The notes below the pieces were generated by a model. That model ran no database searches. It saw only the letters and a program-made list of their open reading frames with translations, and was not told the origin of the DNA. The position numbers were made by a program, and so were the translations under genes. DNA of 64,000 nt from Bispira polyomma (taxonomy: Eukaryota): positions 64,170,001 through 64,234,000 of the forward strand of contig OZ287755.1 of the NCBI GenBank assembly GCA_965649765.1. The letters are read 5' to 3'. Of the stretch, positions 26,241 through 39,335 are shown piece by piece (the stretch's first letter is position 1; each line of letters opens with the position of its first letter).

Positions 26241-28387
26241 TTGTCATTCAAATTTGGTCTACTTTTTATGCGCTATGACTAAATATGTAAATCACCTTGG
26301 AAGGCGTGTTCACTTGGCAAGTAGGAAATGAAGTTCATGAGCCTGAGCTCCAAAAGCATAAACATTGAGAAAAACAAAAACACTTTGATCAAGTACTGCT
26401 TCCTTTTGCCCCCTTTTTGTGGCCCTTTATTGTGTTTTATCGAAATTGTTTTTGGGAGGTTGCAATAAATTCGTTTTTACACTTGAGTTGAGGTTTGGAA
26501 ATAATCACTTTACATTTTACCACACGATTTTTTGTGTCATCCTTTAGGAGCATCAGAGTACATATCTGTCACTGCAGTGGCTTGTAACAATGATTCAACT
26601 TCACATCTATTACATTACTACAATTTAGCCGTGGGATAAATGATAAAAGCTGGCATAGTTGGTAATGTTAAAGTCAATGTTTTTGCCATGTTCAAAACTT
26701 ATAAATGTATGCTACAGTGTTGTGGTATTGCATATATCTACTTACAATCGGAATAGTATAAGTATAGTATTCCCTGTGGTTAGGGAGTTTTTCTACTATC
26801 AAAAGGTCCCAGGTTCAACTTTCAGTTGGGGAGTTGGTTTGGTGATCAGAAGGTACACCATTCAAATCCCAGCTAGCGCAGTTTGTCTAGTAATCTAAAA
26901 TTCCCCTGCTCTACTCCTGTTAATGCCTCTAGGTTCATTGGTAATAAAACAGTCCTTGGCAAGATGTGAAGACACCATTGTCTACTCATGGCAACACAGA
27001 CTTTGATTTAAATATAACATGGCAGATGCCTTATCTTCATTATTCGTACAACACATTTCTATGGTAAATATTTTATCTGGTAAAATATTGTTTGTGTGGC
27101 ATAAGTTCAATGATTTATGGTACATAGTTTAGTTTTTTTCGTCTTATTTGGAGAATGTATTTACAGTTGCATAACCCGTCACTTTCAACTTTTATGTCTG
27201 GGAAATATATGTATACTTGAGGCTATCTATTACTCAGCCTAATCCTCATCAAAAGCAGATAAAAATAATATTTTTGAACAAGAATATAATTATTGAAGAT
27301 CGATCACTAGTGAAATCGATTTAGCATTTTTATAGATTACTAATTGTATTGTATTACATTTTGCATTTTTAACGTGTCTTATTAATGCAAGGCATCTTTT
27401 AAAGCGCAATACCAGAATAAAAGATCCAATTGAGAAGTCCAAAAGACATAGGTAAGTCATAAGGAAGGATGTGGGAATGTACAGGAAGGAAACAAAGGGG
27501 GTAAGCTATTTTAAAGAGATTGTTTTCTTCTACCCCAGAACCTAAGTATTTCTAGTGATCTAAGCTCAAATGGGAGATTATTCCATAACATAGGGGGCGA
27601 CGATTGAGAAAGCTCTAGATCAAGTACCAACAACCAGAAGTAGGTCAAAATTGAGGATTAACATCCACTTGGGGTTTGTTCAAACACATTTTCTCCCCAA
27701 GGATTAAAATACTTAAGATAGGAAAACTAATTACATGTATTATGAAATATTTTTTTTACATTATTAAACCTCTTGTTTTGGCTGTATTCCATAGATTGTT
27801 AAATCTAGTCATTCTACTGGCTTCACGTCAAATATTAATGCACATATTTTGAAAAACCCTAAAATATTCTTTGATGTTATAATAGAAACAACGAATAACT
27901 TAATATCGTCTATAGATCCCCACTAAAGCTTGTTATTTGGTGTCTGGGGTGACCTGGCTATCACTAGAGTTTACCAAGGGATCAGGACACCCCCCATAAC
28001 ACGGGCAATAAACGAGGGGTGGGGGGATTGGAGCTACAGCTGAACCGAAAATTGATAAAATGGCACAGTCCAAATTGATCCTTGGCTGTGGTGGGTTTAT
28101 TGCAGCAATTATCAATGGGTGATAGATATTCATCTCTCATCAATATCCCCACTTTATGCTTGAGTAAGTTATATTTGTTTGGGGGCGCATTACCTCGCTG
28201 GGGATCCCAAGTAATTATTTCCTCATTTATTGGCCTGTTCGCCAGCTAAGTGACGACTATAGAAAACCAATTGCGGTGTGAGAAATTGCTGAGGGGAAGG
28301 GCACTACATTTGTGAGATGCTTCGTGGCCATTTGCTTTTAAAGGTAGTTATTATTTAGATATATCACATGGGGTACTAATAAATGGG

Positions 28388-28422
<35 letters not shown>

Positions 28423-30367
28423 CATGGGTAAAGGGTTCTATAAAATGATGGAGAATATTTTTGGTTTAAAACAAAGTCACAGCGTATGGTATGCATGTGC
28501 ACAGAAAACAATTTGATAGGGCCTGCATTTAAGAGGTTGACGTATATGTTGAGGCTAATTACATTAAGTATGATGGGGACTTCCAAAATTATGTGTTGAT
28601 GTGTAGTCTATAATCAATAAAGGGGTTTCTTGTAAAAAGAAAACATTACCAGATGTGTATTATGTAATATTATGTAACCTTCATAAACAAATTCTTCTAT
28701 TTGATGATTTGGAAGCCTACACACTTGGTTCATCTTTCTCCAAGCTAAAATTTGAGTGACCACAGTTTGGAGGTAATTTTTAAAGTGAGATAGGTGAGGG
28801 AAATACATTACGTCAGGGAACCTCAGTCAATAAAAATGCTTGTATAGAATTTCTAGACATGGTAACGAGGGGGATTCCGTGACCTAATAATATCTTTACC
28901 TGTTATTTTTAAGCTAGCATCTGAAATAAGATTTTAAAGGGTTGTACCAAGACTGAACCCCGTGATGACGTAAAACCACATTAGAATAGCACGTAAACAT
29001 GTTTAGAATAATACAAATGTAAATATTGTATGTATAAGAAGTAATGTAATAACATTATTCCTTATTTTGTAGTAAATTTTGTGGGTGTGTAGCTTGGGAC
29101 GTAGACCGTAAGGGTTATTACAGAAATGGTTTGTCGAAAGCAAACAAATATTTTTTCGAGACACAAGGTCAAAAATATAATAAAGTCAAAACAATCGAGA
29201 CAAGTCCTTGTTCTGTAAGTTATCACTTAGGTGAGATCATTTCTCAATATTTCTAGCTCTGGGACCAAAATTTTGAGTTATTGTGGGTTAAAGCTCTGAT
29301 CAATATCTGGTATCTAAGACTGATCAACTAGCCCAAACCATCCGTCTGTAAATGGTACCAGAGATTTTTATGAAAAGAGATGGTCTTAGTGGAAGGCTAT
29401 TGCTATCTACAAAGAATACTTGTTCCCTCGTTATTGCATATTGTATTTAACAGTAAAAGAGGTTTCTGAAGTTATTGCAATTATATTTATTTCTCCACAT
29501 GTACATAATGGGTATTTTTCTGTATTCTTATTTAATATAATCTAAATTAAATTAGCATCTGTGTTTATTCTGTTTGTTTCCAATAAAAATGTGTACTAAT
29601 ATATCAAACATTGTTTTTGTTTTGTATTTTGCATTTTTAACTCGCCTTATTGATGCGAGGCATCTTCTAAAGTGCAACAACAGAATCATTTTACCAATCG
29701 AGAAATATGGACTGGTATATTCATGTAAGCATTTGTAACTATACCAAAATATGTTTATATTATGTCTAAAACATAAAATTATTACTATTATTATAATTTA
29801 ATCATTTCAGCTTTGTTAAATATACTATTGATAGTCTTTATTTGTAAACAAATTCTACCAGCTTACTTTAGGGGATCAGCATTTACAAATATTTACCAAA
29901 GCGGTGTAAAACATATATATATATATATATATGCCAGATCCAACTTCAAAAGGGTAACAATGTATGTCAATGGAGAATTTAACAGGAAGCACTGTATGAA
30001 TATTACCTCTGATGACATTTATTCAGAACCACAATTTGATAAAGGTACTAAAAATCCTAAACAATTTTGATTTCGTCAGTGATATTTTTACTTATTAACC
30101 CTTTCGACTCCTAAGTTGTCGGCGACACCTAAAACATATAATTTCATTTTCCTTTAGTTCCTCGTAGTAGCAAATTCTTAATACAGCAGACTTTCCCGTT
30201 AGAATAAAAATACGCCAGACCATTATTGAATGCCGGCAGTATAGTCTATGCTGTGTGTGTTTAGTGATTCCTGCTATCTGTAACCTATTACTCAAAGTAT
30301 TTCTTCAATTCTGTTACCTTTAACACAAATCCTTGTTAAATAGGCCAGCTATATGTCTCTCTGCTAA

Positions 30368-30402
<35 letters not shown>

Positions 30403-30679
30403 TCCATGTTGTTAATTGAGTGGTGGCTGTATTGATATTTTTGTGGTAAAACTTTCGTTTTGCTGTTGATGTATTGTGTATCGCGGTGGGCAGTTTATTG
30501 ATGGAATAAAGCAAAATAGGGGAGTTGGTCACCGGCCTATAGCAAGTCTTACTGCCAATGTCCCTGCATATACATTCCAGGGCCGAGATTCAAACCTACG
30601 AAAGCCCTAAATTACCGACAATATGCAACCCTCCCACCCAAAAAGAATTAATAGAAAAGATAAAAAGTGGTAGCATGTG

Positions 30680-31590
30680 CACGGTAACACCCAGGCGTTA
30701 ACAGGGTCAGTTCTGGGGGACCAGACTGTTACTATTATGGGATGATGGGTCGACAATATAAGCCATACACCTTTCAAATTTTTACCGCCTTTTAACTAGT
30801 GTTTACACAATAAAAGCAGTGAAAAGTACGATTTAACTTGTGGTGTCAAAGTGTTTTTGTGTTTTATATACGGTTTTAGTATTTTAACTTGTTTTTAACT
30901 TTAGTCATGCCAGGAATAAATGTTGTTCATTGCCCGAAATTATACTGCTGCTACTAATGTTTTCGAGGATGCCAGGGTTGACCCGAGTGAGGTAGACCCG
31001 CTGGACATGGCTCCTGTCGGTGAGAACACCGCGTCATTGAGCCAAGTGATGAAACGAATGAACCAGCAGGTACAACTCACAGAGGGATCGTTGGCAGAGA
31101 ATCTCACCAATAAATAGGCCAGTAATTCAAATTCTGTAAACCTAGTTACAGGTCCAGTGGGTAGTGATAGTGATGTAGTTGCTAGCAATATTGTTCCTAT
31201 TGTTGATTATTTTATGTCAAAGCGTCCAGATTTAAACTCAAGAAGAACAGCGACAGAACTTAAGAACCGAAATGAAAGTCCCTTCCAAGGTAAAGTTAAA
31301 TTACAAAGGAGAGGGGGTACTGAAGTATTAGTGAATAAAATAGTAGATTGGCACGGGGTGTTCTAAAACTCGTCCTACTTACGGCGATCTGTAGTTAGTA
31401 CAGTCGGTATGCGGCTTTACTCGAATTATGCAAGATGAAAAATTTGTGTAGGTGACTTCTAGAGTATACAGAAAATTTGATGAAAGACACCAATGATTTC
31501 TCCCGGGGGGCAGCTAAAGCTTGTCATGCAGTTGTTCTAATGAACATGGAGATGGACAAGTTAGGCTGGCTCGACATGGCAAAGAGAAAC
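30680..31590 (+). mobile_element. YR (DIRS-order) retrotransposon remnant: 5' leader and broken gag (ATG 30907)
   Basis: Leader cagttctggggg.accag...ttatggga...tataagcc matches the minus-strand 5' region at 5490-5590. Protein pieces QGKVKLQRRGGTEVLVNKIVDW and DFSRGAAKACHAVVLMNMEMDKLGW match the other gags. Confidence 0.85.
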
Positions 31591-32384
31591 TCTTTCAAGG
31601 GTTTTTTGATTGCCATCTCAAGGAGAGAGAAATAGCTACTACAACATAATTCATTTCCTGAATTAAGTAAAAGAGAGAAGTAATTTAACATTTGAATGGA
31701 GAGTCTTGCATCTTGTCAAGATTTCTCTTCTGTGTTTTTTTGGTTGTATTTTTGTGTCTTTCTGTGAAATATCTGTGAAGTATTTATTGGATGTTTGAGG
31801 AACTAAGTGAGTAGTTTGGTAAGTGAACAATATTTCAGCAATCATTAAGACTGCGCTAGATTATTTTGATAGGTTTTCTTATGTTGATGGCTTATCGTCA
31901 CCCTACTTTATACAGGAACCCTGCATCACCATGGATTCCTCCTTCCTGAATCTGAGCGTGTAAGATGACTTTAACATAAATTTATTCCAGCCATGTGCAA
32001 ACATTTAATGTTAAAAGCGTAAAAGTCACAGCAGTAGGCTTAGGAATATATGATTTGTCGTTTGTCACGTTATTTCCAAAGGTAGTCCATACATGTATCA
32101 ATGGACAAAACCTATGTGCTAAGTAAAACATAAAAAAAAGATGAAATATATGTAGTACATAATATGATATATCCTATTTTGTGTTTAAACACCACACCAG
32201 CTGGGTGTAACTTAAATTTGCATTTTTGCAAATATATTGTAGCTTATTTCAATTTACTTGGCGACTTGCCACCTTGAATACCACGAACATCTATCACTAA
32301 GGAAGATGCCTGCAAAGTTTTATTTGTACTCTAATTACTTGGAAACTAATTATGTTTATAGTATTACATTATCTGTCAGTATGT

Positions 32385-32620
32385 ATCCTTAGTAGTGTAG
32401 TGGAAACACACTTATGCCTACCAGAACTGGTTCGAATCTCGGCCCTGATTTGCATGTGGGGAACTAGTTGGCAGTCGTTTTGCTGATGCCAGTGGTTTGC
32501 AGAGCAGAAAACCTTGCCCAACTATATCCTGTACTGATTACCATCCATTAGTGAACTGTCCTGTCGTGGATCGACACAGAAAACTGTGCTGAAAGCGATA
32601 CTAAACCTAAACTAAGTAAC
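32385..32620 (+). mobile_element. tRNA-derived SINE
   Basis: TAGTGTAGTGG A-box-like, GGTTCGAATC B box, body similar to 6678-6927. Confidence 0.65.
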
Positions 32621-33290
32621 TATATCTTTATCAGTAGAATGAGAAGAGCTATACATCATATAAATACGTATACTGTAGGTTCAGTTCAAATTTAGTTAGG
32701 TTTTACTTTACCTCCAACAGTAGAGGTCATATGGCAATGGCCAGATTTATGGGTGCATGAAACCAGTGCTGAAACACTTTAAATCACCAGCCCACGGCAA
32801 GTATGTGACAGACTTTTAACACATGATGGGAATAGTAGGATTCAAACTCATATTAGTGAGGGCAGTGATTGCCACTACGTCGGCGCCGCCCCTGTGTTGG
32901 TTCATATAAAGATACTTTATACTTTAGGGACAGATAACAAGGGTGGATCAACAATTTTGCAATTTGGCTTCGAGAGTATGTTGTCGAAATTTTTTTTGTT
33001 ACACTAATGTTTGCCGAGTAAGAAAAATTATTTTTTAAAAAGAGTGGGGGATCCTGACCCTTTAGACCCTTGGATACGTCAATGCATGAGGATACTACTA
33101 TGTAGCGCAGTGCAAGGATGTCTTCAGTGCTAGTCACATTAACTGCTGTGTGTAGCTTAGTGTGAATCATGTTTGATAGGTCCAATCAGCATGATAGCAG
33201 ACGGTGAAGAAAGGCTTCCGAATGTAGAGTTATATGATCAGACCACGCCTCAACACTCACTCACAGTGATAGATGGACACAGGCCCCTGT

Positions 33291-33583
33291 GGGCCCATGT
33301 TCACAAAAGGTTCTTAGTCTTAACTTAGTCTTAACTTAGTCTTAACTTAGTCTTAACTTGTAGTCTTAAGCTTAACATTCATGTCTAATATATTTAAGAC
33401 TGCCCACTTGTTAGGCTTAGTCTTAAGTGCAAAGTTAACACTCAACAAAGATTTTTTTTGTTACTATCACTGGGGTCAAAAATCTAAATCCAATCTAAAG
33501 ACCAAAAATTGAAATCTTTTCGGCCAAAATCTTAACCTTACGACTAGAAGTTAAAAACCAAGACATTTTGTGACCAGGGGTAC
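33291..33583. mobile_element. MITE-like element with internal 11-bp tandem repeat
   Basis: Imperfect TIRs gcccatgttcacaaaa / ttttgtgaccaggggt; (cttagtcttaa)x4 at 33313-33359. A similar element lies at ~50257-50378. Confidence 0.6.
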
Positions 33584-36500
33584 AACGCTATACTATCTAG
33601 TGGATTGCTATCTATAAAGAAGCAAACAGTAACCGTAAGCCATTCAATTGACGCACATGTGCCAAATACTACAACAATATATGCTGTACATATCAATGAC
33701 ATTATATTATGTAGCTGATAAATTTCTGAAGGAAAACAGAGCTACCGCAATTACTCCATTTGTAAGCCAGTTTTATACTAATGACAAGGGTGTAAGTGTT
33801 AGCAAATTGTATGTGTATATAATATAAGAGTTTATTTGAACTTGGTGTAGGTGACAGGAGTGAGCTGACTGCCTACCATCATCTTTTTGATTACTGTCTT
33901 AGCCTAAACTTCCATGCTGCCGATCCCACTATCTGCCGATTTTATATGATTTGAACTGTTGAGGTGAGAGTCAGAGAGAGTGAGCCCCTGCACCACTACA
34001 GAGTACCTGATAACACTTGTGCAAGGTCTGCAGGTCTTGTGCAGTAATAATTAACCATTCGCAAAGCGATTTGACCTACTTTCTAATTAGGTCAGCCATG
34101 ACACTCTACCAGACAGGAGAATCCCAGATAAAACCTTGTATTTAAACATCAATTATTATTTTTCATATTTCAAAAACTTCCATCATCCTACATGCACAGG
34201 AGAATTATGTTTACCATATAAATGAGACAAATATAATATTAACCATGATAAAACAACATATCTGATTCTCATTAACATTATCATTAAATCAACATCCCCT
34301 AAATTGTTCATCTTAGGACCGTCATACAACATGGAGGCCCCAACTAACGCTCACGTTAAAAGTCTTCCACTAAAGACCCTTACTCCTTTATTACAAGTGC
34401 CATGTGGGATACAATAAAACAATGAGGAAAAAAGATGCCAAGAGCCTCTAAAAAGGCTACTGAGCTCTCTTCATACTTCTCCCTATCAGTAGGTAGGGAT
34501 TTTTCATCACTCACAGACAAGAGACATTCCATTATTTACGTAAGGGAGATAGAAGATTGCCAACAGCCTCTCCATTGGTGGTGTGTGAGAGATTAGCCTT
34601 CCAAGGCTAATTGGAGAAGATTACCATTTCCAATACTGGTAGTAATATTCTCTATATACCTGGTTTGATGTGGGTTATTACGATTCTTACATGCAAATTA
34701 CCATAACTGCCTGAATCATACTATTATTTACTGCAACATTACGTTCATATAGTAACCATTTTCCTATGAACATCAAAACACTAATCAGAATTATGGACTT
34801 AACCGTGTCATGTTAAAATTATATTTATTAGTCAGTTTGTTAAGTTTGTCAGGAATTCTCATTTGTGGTTGAACTAAATTAAAAATGTGTGGTGAATACA
34901 TTTAACAACTCAGTGTACTGTACTCATATGGGTAAGAAGCGGAGTGGTGGCTTACTATAAAGTCTACATTTGTGTCAAATCAAACTCTGTCATAGAGATG
35001 AGATAATTGGCTTTAAAAAATATGTTTTGTATCACAAAACTTTTTAAAAACTATTTAAAGTTACAGAATTTGCTATCACTATTGAGCAATTCATTATTTA
35101 CATTTTCTGATAAAAGCACGAGCCTGGAGCAAGGCTAGTGTTGTGAGTAGATTGCCATTTTCCTTGTATCCTTATTTTATGGATCATGGAGATTTGTAAA
35201 GGGTTCACAGACTGTGAGCACCAACTGGAGCTAACAATCAAGGAGGTTCACTAGGGAGCAGATGTATTAAGAAGCTTAAACTACTTCAGAAGACTTAGAA
35301 GACTCCAAGTTAATGCAGAGAAACTGAATTGTGTATTTGTAGATATGCAAGTGACCTATATACTTATGATTATGAATTTTCAAGACAGAGCCTGTAAATA
35401 TTGTGGCTTCAACCAGTGATATTCAACAACGGATTTTAAACTTGTTAGCTGTAACATAGCAGGGGTATGCGTACACAGGGCAATATCTATCCTACATTGA
35501 GAGATTGAGATGAGCTTCCCATAACAGCTGTGTGTACAAAACTCAAATATTAAGTTTCCTTATTTTCCCCACCAATAGGATCTACTACATGTACTTAACT
35601 AGTTTTAGGTTACAGTAGTTATTTCACAGCTTATGCATCAGGTACTACAAACCATAAACAAATAGACATTTCTTTATTGTATCTAGCCTAACGTGCTCGT
35701 TTTCTATGCAGGGGTATTTTTTTTAAAAGAACACAATTAATAGGTTAGGGTTCTTTTCTAGTGGATTACACATGGAAATGGTGTAGAAATAAATGCTATG
35801 GACTGCACTAGATAAGCTTCAAAATTTGTAATCATCAAAATTTGAAGCTTTACTCAACTGGACACAAATCCTATTAATCATTGGAAGGCAATCAGTTAGT
35901 GTTAGTGACAAGGATTACAGGCTTCTGAAAAAACACCTCAAAACACATCTGTATCAACACACTATTCCGCCTTAACATTCGTCTGCCGGTTACAGTTGTA
36001 CTCTAATCATGAATAAGTATGACTTGTACAAAGAACATTTTTAATTAAGAAATATATATTATACATAAGATATCCATGATTGGTGTACACAAATTATGCA
36101 TCGGTACAATCTTGCACTTTCGATGATGCCTTGCATCAATAAGGTGTGTTAAAAATGCTAAATCTATACAGAAGTTGATAATTCAGGCCTGTATTCATTT
36201 CAATCTAATCTAATCTAATTATTATAGCGCTTATCTCTGTGCTAGCAGATTCAAAGGAGCATGAGACGTAACATCATTTAACAATTTTATATAACCATTG
36301 GACATACAGGGGTCGTGACCATGGTGATGCAGGAAAAAGGTAACCCTATTTATAAATTAATAAGTGCTTATGGGTTATTAGGTTTCCAAAACAAGATAAT
36401 AAATTATCAATTATTAAAAAAAAAGTTGCATGCTCAATTTTATAGAACCACAAGAACCGACATACAAATATTGAGATAACATATAATATTAATTTACACA

Positions 36501-38259
36501 AAAATAAAGTAGATTTGGCCTTCACACAAAAGCGTTTAAGTAGAGTCATGCAATATAGTTTTTAGAATGGTAAGCTGTGACCTCTGAACAACACTGACAT
36601 TTATTCTACCAAATAGATCTATTTTAAATTTGCTACATTAATTTTTGTTAGTTCAAGTTCATGCTATTCCTTAGTTATTGATTATATCATTCACTGAGTG
36701 AACATAAGATGACAGTAAATACCTACTAACGAAAACATAATGATTTTTACTGGTAATTGCAGACTTTATGTAGATATATAAAAAAAATAAGTATGGTAAA
36801 AAAATTATATATGCAAAAAAGACTCAAAACAGGAAGTACAGCTTGGGAAAGTACAGAAAATATATTCCATAAAAGGGAGAAAGAATATCTTGCCACAGGT
36901 CAGTCTATGTAAAAACAACTATGTAAAACCATACAGAGTAAACTTAAAATAGGATATAAAACAGGAAAAAATAGCTGGGGAAAGTAAGGGAAAACATCTT
37001 TTGGGAAAGGTAATAGAACCCGTTTGTGTCTTTGACAGTTTGAGCTCAATTAAGTCATGGGTTTTCTCAACGACAATAAAAATCCTTCAACACAAACAAA
37101 GCTGGGGCAACGATATGGCCCTTATGGGGCTGTTCCACTATCAAGACTATAATCGGGACGGCCCCGATTATATGATTCTGGCCAATCTTCGGCATTTTCC
37201 ACAATTTTTGAGAAAAAAGGAGAGAAAATTTGCATGTAAAGATTAAAAAGATAAGGTTGAGGGCTCAACAGATAAGTCTTTGGAAGGAAAGGATAAGTCG
37301 TTGAAAGGAAAAGAGAAGTTACAAGTGACATATTTTGGCGTTACCATTGCTTTTATTAAACTTATTATCCCAATGGGTATCCAGCTTCACAATCACTGGA
37401 CTCTCACCAATATCACTTCAAATCCAGTTTATTGCATCATGTGAGGAAGGTTTGTCAGGTACTTGTCGTGGGTCGGTGGTAAACATTGTGATTCAGCACT
37501 GGTTTCCTCCCAGCATTAAATATGGCTGTCGTGATATGACCCAAGCTGTTCAAGTGATGTCAAACCAAACTAAATTGAAATTCTAATTCTAAACCATGTT
37601 TGATTGTATATTATATAAAAGAAACAGAGCCTTATACAAGGCTAGAATGAATTTGGGTGGGGGGGCTTTGTCAAACAGACTTGGTAAAAAGGAGGCAGGA
37701 TATTTATTATCAATAATGTAGAGTTGAATGGCCAATAACAAAGGAAGCTGTTATTGCTGATGGGGTCTATGGGTAGGAAATGATTTTTTGTGGGGAGTTT
37801 TGTGTTTGGGAGAAAAGGTAAGTTTGTTCCATAAATGTCAAGTTATGCAAATCAATGGGAGGGATACTTAATTCAAAGGCTTACTGGTAGGTTATTTTAA
37901 GCATTTATACACAGTGCTAAATTAGTGACTTTTGCATCCCGATATTCGAAGTTTTGTCAAAAGAGGTTTAATCTTTCAAAATATCTTTTTTGGTGGCTGT
38001 CCATTTGGTGACGTAGTTGATAACCCAATTCGTTTAGGAACAGATATGAGCTGGGTTAGATCTCAATTAGGCTTCCTTTTTACAGGCAGATATACCGTAG
38101 ATTGGATGATCACTTAATATAGTGGTCATCTATAATTGTGTTTTATAACCCTATACGAGAACCTCTATGGATTAGAAAACATCATCAAAACAAGGCTTTG
38201 TCAGATATTTTTTTTGACCCATTTTGATCTCTCAGCAATCTTACCAATGGAAATTGTCT

Positions 38260-38430
38260 TTCCAACTCTTTTTATACCAATGAAACTAGCAGGTTTAAAA
38301 TTATTCAAAGTTGCAGCACATTCAGAATGGAATACTCTCCCTGTCATTATTTATACCGAGACAAAGATTACAGGATTTCATGAAAAAAATTAAAACCCAC
38401 CTGTTTTTCACTCGCTTTTCCACCTTAATT
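38260..38430 (+). mobile_element. L2 LINE 3' coding fragment
   Basis: FKVAAHSEWNTLP...LKTHLF..AFPP* parallels the C-terminus of the L2 at 18048. Confidence 0.7.
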
Positions 38431-39119
38431 AGACCGAATAATCTGTCCCTATTTAATTGTAATTGTAATTAGACTTTTTTATAGCCCTTTTTCATTATTA
38501 ACGAGATTCGTTGCTGTTATTATGACGATTGACTCACGTAAAGAGACAAAAGGGCTTGCATAAGGAAAGCGTTGTAAATTTAGTGCGACGTAAAATGGCC
38601 AACAGTTTTGTGCCAATGATTTTGGTTTAGTTTTTATTTTATATTAATTGATATGTACCATGTCGGCATGAAGTAACAAAATATCGGCTACTTTATCATA
38701 TATAAGGAATGAAGGAATGTATTTAATTTTAACAGATTTTGACTCATATATACCGATTTTAATTTACAATGTTTTGCTTATAGAGGCCGCTCTGTCCCAT
38801 GACATACTACCGTCAGTAAATCAAAGCATCAACGAGGATAGAATACTCTTTCTACACCTTAATATACATCTGCTGGTTATTGCTACACTCGGATATCAAA
38901 CTCTTTTTATTGATCGGACTATTCTTTCGGATTTTGATTGTGACGTGTACTATAAAGGATACCTGGACATGGATTGAGAGTGGCACTATGAAAGTTTAAA
39001 TATCAGCAGTGATTACTGCTACTCTGTGGTATCTAGGGGGTAAATTGAAGTAGCAAAGGTAATTGTAACTCAGATCATTAGCCATAGTTATGTTTCCCAT
39101 TATAAATTTGAATTTAGTT

Positions 39120-39335
39120 TGTTCTTAGGTTGCTTTCAATAGCTTAGGTCATATCACGACGGCCATAATTAACGGTGGCAGAAACCAGTTCTAATGCCAC
39201 TGCAGACCATTGTGCCTACGGCAAATACCTGAAATACTTCCCACATGAAGGAATGAATAGGATTAAAACCCACATGTGTGAGAGGCCAAAGATTGTGCAG
39301 TAAACATTTCTAACCATTAAGCCACCACAGCCACT
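39120..39335 (-). mobile_element. tRNA-derived SINE (further fragments near 12380-12560, 32690-32885, 39940-40090, 53490-53625)
   Basis: Minus-strand head gtggtggcttaatggttag, shared body motifs (gaaaccag, cccacatg). Confidence 0.6.

Larger units (their letters stand above)
7620..28460 (+). repeat. Old tandem segmental duplication, 4 copies of the core block, interrupted by different TEs
   Basis: Matching blocks: 7620-9180 ~ 12940-13975; 11070-12020 ~ 15460-16240 (fragment also at 3483-3570); 8550-9130 ~ 13340-13930 ~ 16980-17900 ~ 26280-26990; 22330-23950 ~ 27050-28460. Confidence 0.85.

Noticed and set aside
36280-37450. Possible antisense LINE remnant
   Set aside because: Composition is suggestive but I could not read diagnostic motifs.
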